A stretch of 43,397 nt of DNA, counting the filler, from Jimgerdemannia flammicorona (lineage: Eukaryota), in NCBI GenBank assembly GCA_003990765.1. It is 2 parts of 2 records of this genome, joined end to end, with 100 filler letters (N's around TTAATTAATTAA, not from the genome) between each part and the next. Parts side by side here need not be neighbours in the genome. Positions count along the whole stretch, not along the records: positions 1 to 21,649 come from RBNJ01001414.1; positions 21,750 to 43,397 come from RBNJ01001415.1. One strand, 5' to 3'. How positions within the stretch are numbered: the first letter of the stretch is position 1; each line of letters opens with the position of its first letter. Positions 12,929-21,850 of this stretch are shown here, piece by piece. The notes below the pieces were generated by a model. That model saw only the letters and a program-made list of their open reading frames with translations, searched no databases and was not told the DNA's origin. Both the position numbers and the translations under genes were made by a program.

Positions 12929-14940
12929 TTTACAATCCAATTCCGCTTCAAGACGCTTCCTCACCCTACTACAAACCCCTCTAAGAATTCCTACAAGTTG
13001 GTATAAAGCCCAACCTCTGAACTGGAATTTATCCTGAACTATCTGACAATCTGGAGAGAATTGAACCTGATGTACAAGGACAATTTGACCTCCATACCTG
13101 CAACAAGTGGGATAAACTTCATTCAAAAAAAGAAGTACTCTGGTTAAACCAGCAAATAGGTGAAACCCTATTCACCGAACTCCTTGTACTACACCTAGCA
13201 AGTCAAGACGAAGAAGGTCTTATTGAAGCCTTCTTTACTCTTCTCAACAAGAGTTTTGTCAGCTTCACAAATCCGAGCAACCTAGGACAACCAGCAGCAG
13301 TCTTTCTAGCCTTAGTTCCTCATGAAGCCCAAGCCTCTGTAGCCAAGTGGCTCAACTCTACCGACTTTTACCACACCAGGACCAAGACCGCCTTATACTA
13401 CCGATTCCAGAACAGCAAGGCCCGCTATATCCTTAAGGAAGAAGCAAGAGAAACTCTTCATCAACTACCTGACCCTGAACCTGAAGCAGGCCCTGCTACA
13501 GCCCTATCTGAATCTGAAACCAATACCGAACCTGAACTTGACTTTGAATTAAGTCTATCTGAAATCAGATATACAACTGATTCTGTCTACTTTGATGCCA
13601 AGCAAACCCAATTACATGGGGACCAAACCAAAGAAGAGGAGGAGTATCTCACCGAATTCGATCCCGGATACACCACTGAAGGAGACATACGTCCATCAGG
13701 ACAGAATACACCTACACAGCAACAAACAGCTATCTATCAAGCCCTCACTCCAGACCCACAACTACTATTCCAGCAACTTATACAGACCCAAAGAACCCCA
13801 TCACACTCTGCACCAGTACCTCAAGTAGTACTAGTAACACCACTACCAGCAGTCCAACTGCCTCCAGCTATCAACATGGCGAACCAACAGATTCTTGATC
13901 TCACAGCCCAAGTAGCTATAATGGCAGCAACTATCACTGCCTTAGCTGAACAGACCTGACCTACCAAAAATCTGAGCCTACCTACCTTCAATGGTACTAC
14001 ACAAGAAGTCCAAAGCTTCATTAGTATAGTTGACACCAACTTTGAAGCCAATCAATGGACTAATGAGTGAGTTGCTGACCACATCCTGATAAACAATCAA
14101 GACCACACTCTGGAACAACTCTTTGCTACTACTACAGCCTATGTCCGCCGAGTTGTTACATTCTTCTGAGGACCTGCCGAAGAATGGTAGCGAACCCTTC
14201 CTGAAAAACCCCTCACATGGGATACCTGACCTGCAGTAGTTGCCCAGAATGCAGCAAACAATGCCCCAGGATATGGAGCCCATCCTGCAGCCCCTGGACT
14301 CAAACAACTCATGATTGCTCAATATCGCAGCGAGACCATGATTGCCGAATCTCAAGTAAAACTCTGCAACCTCAAATTCGATATATATAGCAAAGAAGAA
14401 TTTGAAACCTTCTGTACAAAACTTGAGTCACTTCTGAACACTGTTGGCCTAGGATACATTGCCAATGACGAAGCACGAAATAGTACAAGAGCAGACCATT
14501 TATTTGATGCCCTGCCTGAATGGCTTACTAGAAAAATCCGTGAGCAAGGCTGCCCAGTTGGTTGTGATCACCAACAATGGTGCCTGGCAAGAATCAAGAC
14601 CATGGTCAAGCGAATTCTAATGGCTGGACCAATTCTGTCCCAAAGACAATTTAACAATAAGGAAAAGACTTGGACCAAGAAAGAAGAATCCAAGCATGAA
14701 GCATCCCGAGCTCCCTCCACATCCACCTCTTGGACACCCAGAAATCATGAACCCACCCAGCCAAGTACCTTCAAGAAACTAACTGAAGGTGAAAGGAATG
14801 AACTTCGAAGAAGTGGAGCATGCTTCTATTGCCGAAAGACAGGACACATGGCCAGTGCCTGCTCTAACCGAAAACCCCAAACAACAACCTGAGCAACTGT
14901 CACCACTCTGCACCATCTCAACCACCTGACCACCAGAACA

Positions 14941-15348
14941 CTATACTTTGTCAAGTTAAGACAAACTGCTAAGGCCCCAACCAAAGAAAGTCAAAAAGCA
15001 ACTGGATATGATCTGTATGCAGCCGAAGAAGCTACAGTTTCTAACTGAGAAGTCAAACAAGTCTATACAGGAATCAGTATCCAAATCCCTGAAGGACATG
15101 TTGGAAGAATATGCGGTTGCAGCAGCCTAGCACTGAAAGGACTCTCAGTAGAAGGAGGAGTCATTGATGAAGATTATACAGGCGAAATCATTGTCCTCAT
15201 TCAAAACCACAGTTGGACACCCTTCAAGATCCCTATTGGCTTCTGCATTGCCCAGATCCTATTCGAAAAAATCGAGTCAACCCTGACAGTCAAAGAAGTC
15301 CCTGAACTACTGCCCACCATCCAAGGATCTAAAGGATTTGGCTCATCA
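14941..15348 (+). pseudogene. dut: Trimeric dUTPase domain of element B, between NC zinc knuckle and protease
   Basis: Not in the ORF track. Manual translation: LYFVKL...TGYDLYAAE...GRICGCSSLA...GGVIDEDYTGEI...FCIAQI...IQGSKGFGSS. All five motifs are present, with conserved Arg codons altered by CpG transitions. Confidence 0.92.
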
Positions 15349-18300
15349 AACAAAGCCCCAGCCCAACCTACCATAAGCAAAGAAGAACAATTCTACAAGA
15401 AGATCAAAGATGGATATGTACCAAGTGGCTGATGCCCTCATGGTATTGGAATGTACTCTTCCCGAATAATTGATGATTGCTTCTCTTGTGTCAATGAACT
15501 GGCTCAAAGAAGAACCAACAGAAGAAAGGCTCCTACAACTGAAATCACCAGCATTGGATCAGACAAACTGCTCACCCTTAAGGCTTTTGTCAATGGAGCA
15601 CCTGTCAAGATTATAATAGACAGTGGCACCTCAGGCAACTTCATCAATGAAGAAACAGCCAACAGACTAAAGGTCTTTACCTCTCCAGTGCAGCAAACTC
15701 AAGCAGTTGCTACAGCTGATGGAACCTCACATATTATTAGCAAAGAAGTCTGCAATCTACCCTTTCGAATTGGCGACTACCGAGTACATATTACACTCCA
15801 AATCATACCACTTCCTGACAATGAAATCATCCTTGGGACTCCATGGTTAAAACAAGAGAACCCTATGATTGATTGGGTAAACCATTCCCTGACTATTAAG
15901 AAAGGACGCTACAACTTCAAACTACAAGGCGAAAAGGACTCACTCAACTCTAGTGACCCTGGACCAAAGGTCACCCACATCAATAAGCTACAACTCAAGA
16001 AATTGGCCAAGAAATGCCCTCTCTTCACCATCTCCATCTGACTATCCAAAGGAGAACCCGAGAACTCTGAAGAAGATTTTTCCAAAGTTGACAGCTGTGT
16101 CAGACCACTACTCCAGAAATTTCGAGACATATTCCCAAAGAAGCTCCCGAAAGGCCTACCTCCCAAATGAGCAGTAGACCATGTAATCAAGACTATCCCA
16201 GATGCCAAACCAGCCTTCAAGTCAATCTACCACATGTCTCCGAGAGAAATTGATACACTCAAGAAGGAAATCGATGAACTCCTAGAACAAGGATTCATCA
16301 GACCCAGTGTATCACCCTATGGTGCACCAGTCCTCTTCATTGTCAAGAAAGGAGGAGACCTGCAAATGTGCATTGACTACTGCGATCTCAATGAACAGAC
16401 TATCAAGAACTGTTGCCCACTACTGAGGATTGATGAAATATTCAATAGGCTCACCAATCCACAATTCATGAGCTCTTTTGACCTGCGAAATGGCTATTGG
16501 CAAATTGCCATAAAAGAAGAAGACATCTACAAGACAGCCTTCCGAACTCGCTATGGACACTTCGAGTTTCTGGTTATACCCTTTGGCTTAACTAATGCTC
16601 CAGCAACCTTCCAGACACTAATGAATACCATTCTACATCCATACCTGGACAAATTTGTTGTTGTCTACATTGATGACATCCTAGTCTTCAGCAAAACTCT
16701 GGAAGAACATCTTGAACACCTTGAACTAGTACTACTAAAACTCCAAGAAAACCGACTCTTTGCAAAACTCAGCAAGTGCGAATTTCTTCTGAAAGAAATC
16801 CAATTCCTTGGACACATTGTCACTCTAAATGGAATCAAAGTGGACCCCAGCAAAATCTCTGCGATTAAGGATTGGCCCAGACCCAAGAAGCTAAAAGACC
16901 TCCAGTCATTCCTGGGATTAGCAATCTATTACAGGTGATTTGTTGCCAACTTTGCCAAAATTACTACTGCGCTCATCCAAATGATCAAGCACAGCAAGAA
17001 ACAAGAACAACCCTGGACCATGAAACAAGAGAAAGACTTCAACAATCTTGTAACTTGGGGACCCAAACAAGATACTGCCTTTCAAGCACTGAAAGATGCC
17101 CTGATAACCACACTAGTACTTCAAGCAGCAAACCCTGCCCTACCATATGAAGTTACTACTGATGCCTCTGATCTAGCTCTTGGAGCAGTGCTCATGCAAG
17201 AAGGACACCCTGTCACCTATCACTCCCGCAAGTTCAACAATGCCGAAATTAACTACGCAACTCATGAGAAGGAAATGCTAGCCATCGTAGACACTCTGAT
17301 CAAATGGCGACCATATCTAGAAGGAGCACACTTCACTATATTGACTGACTACAAGTTATTAGTCAACATCAAGACACAGGCTACCCTTTCCCAAAAGCAA
17401 GCCAGATGGATGAAAGTCCTCACCAACTTTGACTATGAAATTCAGTACCGCCCTGGCAAGGAAAATATTGTTGCCGATGCAATCTCCAGACCACCAATCA
17501 AAGAGGTTATCCAAACTCTGACCTTGGTTACCAATACTATCATGGAACAAATCATCGCAGCATGTGTCGATGATAAAGAAGCTCAAATACTCCGAGAAAT
17601 CCTGAACAAGGATGATGCTGACAAGTATACCCGGTACAATCAATATCAACTCAAGGACAATGCTATCTACTATAAGGACAGATTGTATGTTCCAAACAAC
17701 CGAGACCTCTGAAGGACTATCCTATTCGAATGTCATGATGCCCCTACAGCTGGACACTTAGGATTTGATAAATGCTACAAAGTTATCTCCCAAAACTTCT
17801 ATTGGCCCCGCATGGCAGATCAGCTCAAGACCTACATCACTTCCTGTGATGTCTGCCAATGAAACAAGTTCTCAACACTAGCAAAACCCAGCTTACTTCA
17901 CCCTATTCCAGTACTATCCGCAAATTGAGAACAAATCTCTATGGACTTCATTGTACAACTACCCCAAACCAAGAATGGGAAAGATGCAATTGTTGTCTTT
18001 GTGGACTATCTCAGCAAACAAGCCCACTTTGTGCCTACTACCACTACTGCAACAGCACCAGACATAGCCACACTCTTATTTGATAACATCTTCCGCTATC
18101 ATGGTCTTCCCAAGATCATTGTTAGTGACCGAGATCTGAAATTCACCAGCCACTTTTGGAAAGCCCTCCATGCGCACCTTGGAACAAAACTTGCACTATC
18201 CACAGCCTTTCACCCTGAAACCGATGGCCAAACTGAAAGAATGAACCAAACACTAGAACAAATGCTAAGGAACTATATCTCCTACAGACAAGATGATTGG

Positions 18301-18830
18301 CATGAACACCTCACCGCAGTCGAGTTTGCCTACAACAATAGCAAACAAGCCTCTCTTGGAATGACCCCATTCTTTGCCAATACTGGACAAAACCCAAACA
18401 CCCCTCTGACACTTATCCGAACTACCGATAAACCCTCCACAGTTGAAGCTATTGAAGAATTCCTACTCCGGATGCGCAATCTAAGTCAGATCGCAATTGA
18501 GAATTTATCACGAGCTCAAGAACAACAGTCACAGTATGTTAACCAACACCGCTGAGAAGAAATCTTTGACATTGGAGAAAAAGCCCTACTAGACATCAGA
18601 GGATACTGAGTTGACAACCTCAAGCACAGACCATCCACAAAACTGAACAGCAAGTTCATTGGACCATTTGAAGTCATCGCACAAGTCTCTCCAACCTCCT
18701 ACAAATTGGTGCTACCAGACACCATTAAGATTCACCTCAACGTCTCAAGCAATACAATGAGAATGATGACGAGCTATTTCCAAATCGGACCACCAAATCA
18801 CCTGCATCTGTCATTATTAATGACCAAGAA

Positions 18831-18977
18831 GAGTATGAAGTTGAACAAATCCTCAACAAACGTAGTAACAAGAATCATCCTGAGTATCTTGTCAAATGGA
18901 AAGGTTACCTGATCCACGATGCAACCTGGGAACCCAAGACCAATCTCCAGAATGCTACTGACTTAGTTCAGAAATAT
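18831..18977 (+). other. Integrase C-terminal chromodomain
   Basis: [49 protein letters not shown], with aromatic cage residues Y/W/Y present. Confidence 0.9.
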
Positions 18978-19408
18978 GATTCTTTAAACAACTAGAACCA
19001 AATACTCTGCACCTATCCATACATACTATATATTACCCTCCTAAACATTATAACTATCATGAACCAAGTCAAGAACTCAGCAAAAAACAAGACAAGAATA
19101 CTGAATCCCTGGAAAAATAGCAAAACTGAAAGCAAGCCTATTCTCCCTGTACCACTGGTGGGAAACAAGGCATAGACATTTAAGAAGATTTCTTAGAGGA
19201 AATTCTCCAGCAGTAAACGACATCAGAATCACTTCCGGCGCATGGCATTGAACACATGACCCTTTAACATGTGAATCCAATGCATTAGGCAACTGTACTA
19301 TGAGCATGCCACTTTCTGAAAAAATGGACCTTACCAGACTTTTGATCTCCCAAACAGTATAACAACACTAGAACAAATTAGAAGGCCCCGACGAGGACAT
19401 CGAAAGCT

Positions 19409-19421
19409 AAGAAGGGGAGAG
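19409..19421 (+). other. Polypurine tract of element B
   Basis: AAGAAGGGGAGAG, ending 1 nt before the 3' LTR start TGTAAG. Confidence 0.9.
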
Positions 19422-19422
19422 T

Positions 19423-21487
19423 TGTAAGCGCACAACCTCCAAGCTACCGAAATTACACGTCACCCTCTGAACAAAGCCACTGAAATCACACACGACCTCC
19501 GAACAAATCTGGAAATCACCTGCTTGATCACGAAGCTGAGTCAAACCGAAGTCACAGTGCACAAAGCTGAGTCAATACGAAGTTACAGAACACAAGATCT
19601 ACACAAACGGAACCTTACCAATCAGGACCAAATACATATATACCAAGCACCAAGATGTGTCGAATCAGAGAACCAAAACAAACAACAACCACAACTTCCA
19701 AACATACAAACATGATCACTGAGATCTACAACCGTATCCGCGCTGACATTTGGAATGCCATTGTCAACCAAGCCACACCCCCTCTGCCCCTCATGAATAT
19801 CCATAGCCTGGCACCCCTCTACTTCGTGGAAGCCCGATGGAATGCCCTGAACATGCTTAGCGAGGCCCACCGAATCAGACAAATCTCAAGCTACTACCAG
19901 ATCGGCCACCTCCTGGAAGATATGGTCGAACACCACCATGATACAGACATCACTCAGATGTCTCAACACCAGAAGCTCATCACCCACAAACATCGAGAAC
20001 TCTTCTATGAGTACAACACCTTTATTCCCCGCCTCCGAGTTACTACTAGCAAAATGGTCGCTACCCTGTCCTATGGCCAAATCGATGACATGATACAAGA
20101 AATCAACCACAAGTACCTCGAATACATCCAGACCACAGACAGAACCTTCCCGCACCCTGATGACCATATCCTGCAAATGCCTCAAGTCGGATACGCCATG
20201 AAGGATGTCTACGATATAATCCACTTCGATGAAGACGAAGCAAAAGACAATGATCCCTCTGACGCTGACATGACCTCTAGCCAAGGATCTCTGCCAACCC
20301 TGATCACTCCACCAACCTTGCCAATGAACCTACAACAGTTCATAACCATATACGAAACTTATTGGGACAATGACCACTGGCACGAATACCAACCCACGTT
20401 CACCCCCGATTACTTCAATTACAATGAAGAGACCGGAGAACACAACCTATACCTCCAGACAACCCTTGAGATTGAACCAACAATGCCACCACCTGAGTAC
20501 GAGCAACATGAACCACAGCTGCTGGCTTACTACAACCCTGCGACTCATAGTGCTGTAACCTATAGAAGGTATGCAGACAGCAAATCCGATGAAAGCGAAG
20601 ACAATACACCCATCCTTCGCCCACCAATACCTTATCCAGCATACAAAACAGACAATGCTATCCTGTGGGATGGAGATGAAGTTCCAATGTATTATTATCT
20701 CAGCAAACAAGGAGAAGTAATCCGTGAACCATTATTCCTAGATGACTACTTCATCAGAGATGATGCAATTAATGGTGATGTCATCAAAGACTACCCAGAT
20801 AGTGCCTAAACCTATAAATAGTCTAGCAGTCATAGTATAGATAGATTAGCCTTGTACGATGTGACTGTGAACTGACTCAGCAGTCAGACGATCTCTTGAT
20901 ATGTCAGATCACACTTGTACTACATGACTGCATTCCAACTCAGCAAGGCACTTAGTGCTACATCCATATTCAGCATAGTCCAGATAGCCCCTCACTAGTA
21001 TAAATACCCCCTCCCCCAGACCTCAGAATCTCAGACTTGAACAATCCAAACACAACTCCTGAGCACTTCCCCACAATATCCCTTCACACAACTACTCCTA
21101 GTATAGTAATATCATGAATAGCGAATAAACCTATTTAATAACCCACAAACCACTCTTAAGTAAATCTGCTCCCTGTTAGGTCCTACTCCTAACCCTGTCA
21201 CGAAATTTCCTAATTGGGTATTGTCTGCAGCAATACACCAATTCAACTAAGCTGGTCTTAGTTTCTTGAACTTCCTGAAATACGGAAAATCCTGAACATC
21301 CAGAACTAGTCTGGAAAAGGACTTTGGTTGAGACGTCAACCCGATCTTGAAATCAATAAGCATAGAGGACGTACTCCATACGAAATTGATCTTGACCATA
21401 AGAAAACAGTCTCCCAGAACATCCAGAATATCCAGAAAACCCTTCCAGAACTATGTAACAGTTACCCTAAAAAGTAACCCTCTTACA
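19423..21487 (+). repeat. 3' LTR of element B (2065 bp)
   Basis: Direct repeat of 10883-12913 with an extra repeat unit of about 32 bp near 19470-19500. Two AAGCTGAGTCAA motifs (about 19534 and 19564), TATAAATA at 20999-21006 and AATAAA at 21124-21129. Confidence 0.95.
19712..20809 (+). CDS. Intact LTR (U3)-encoded protein of unknown function, 365 aa from the ATG shared with the 5' copy (384 aa from 19655)
   Basis: Uninterrupted intronless ORF wholly inside the 3' LTR and upstream of the LTR TATA box. Helical-looking N-terminal half and acidic, Pro/Tyr-rich C-terminal half. Confidence 0.75.
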   Translation: MITEIYNRIRADIWNAIVNQATPPLPLMNIHSLAPLYFVEARWNALNMLSEAHRIRQISSYYQIGHLLEDMVEHHHDTDITQMSQHQKLITHKHRELFYEYNTFIPRLRVTTSKMVATLSYGQIDDMIQEINHKYLEYIQTTDRTFPHPDDHILQMPQVGYAMKDVYDIIHFDEDEAKDNDPSDADMTSSQGSLPTLITPPTLPMNLQQFITIYETYWDNDHWHEYQPTFTPDYFNYNEETGEHNLYLQTTLEIEPTMPPPEYEQHEPQLLAYYNPATHSAVTYRRYADSKSDESEDNTPILRPPIPYPAYKTDNAILWDGDEVPMYYYLSKQGEVIREPLFLDDYFIRDDAINGDVIKDYPDSA

Positions 21488-21649
21488 ACTATAGATCCTG
21501 CTGTGCCTGGTATAGTTGAGCTGCTGGACAATAGCTAGCCTAAGTTAATGGGGGGGCAGTGCTTGATGGGTGGTGGTGGGGGAGGGTTTTGGCCTATATA
21601 GTCTAGGTTCCCTTCTAATAAAAATCTGTGGGACATTGAGTCTGTTAAA
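21488..21649 (-). mobile_element. Probable continuation of element A gag up to the gap
   Basis: CpG-free like element A. One minus frame reads EGNLDYIGQNPPPPPPIKHCPPINLG*LL. Confidence 0.5.
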
Positions 21650-21749
21650 NNNNNNNNNNNNNNNNNNNNNNNNNNNNNNNNNNNNNNNNNNNNTTAATTA
21701 ATTAANNNNNNNNNNNNNNNNNNNNNNNNNNNNNNNNNNNNNNNNNNNN
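21650..21749. other. Assembly gap with artificial spacer (44 N + TTAATTAATTAA + 44 N)
   Basis: Symmetric 100-bp block. The 12-mer places stops in all six frames, which is typical of contig-joining linkers. Confidence 0.95.
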
Positions 21750-21850
21750 AAAAAAAAAAAAAAAAAATGTGTAAGAATAACAAAATGTGTAACCATCTCA
21801 CGCTAGCCACCTTCCCTCCCCCCCAATACACACTCTCTCTCACACGTCAC

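Larger units (their letters stand above)
13021..18995 (+). pseudogene. gag-pol: gag-pol polyprotein of element B (Gag, NC, dUTPase, PR, RT, RH, IN, chromodomain)
   Basis: ORF pieces at 14311, 15451, 16234, 16981 and 17941 share one frame and are split mostly by TGA at expected Arg (CGA) positions. Motifs: CFYCRKTGHMASAC (14821-14862), IIDSGTSG, YIDD (about 16666), TDASD, integrase HPETDGQTER and GPF. One frameshift at about 18736. True start not determined. Confidence 0.93.
10883..21487 (+). mobile_element. Full-length Ty3/Gypsy chromovirus LTR retrotransposon (element B) with dUTPase and LTR-encoded ORF; non-functional
   Basis: Two LTRs TGTAAG...CTTACA, PBS, PPT, and a gag-pol region with CCHC, dUTPase, PR, RT, RH, IN and chromodomain. 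Confidence 0.96.

Noticed and set aside
19712..20809. U3 ORF as an env-like gene
   Set aside because: No signal peptide, transmembrane segment, furin site or Cys pattern.
21694..21705. TTAATTAATTAA palindrome inside the N run, and apparent linkage of the TE island to the downstream genes
   Set aside because: Artificial scaffold spacer. Adjacency across it is not evidence.
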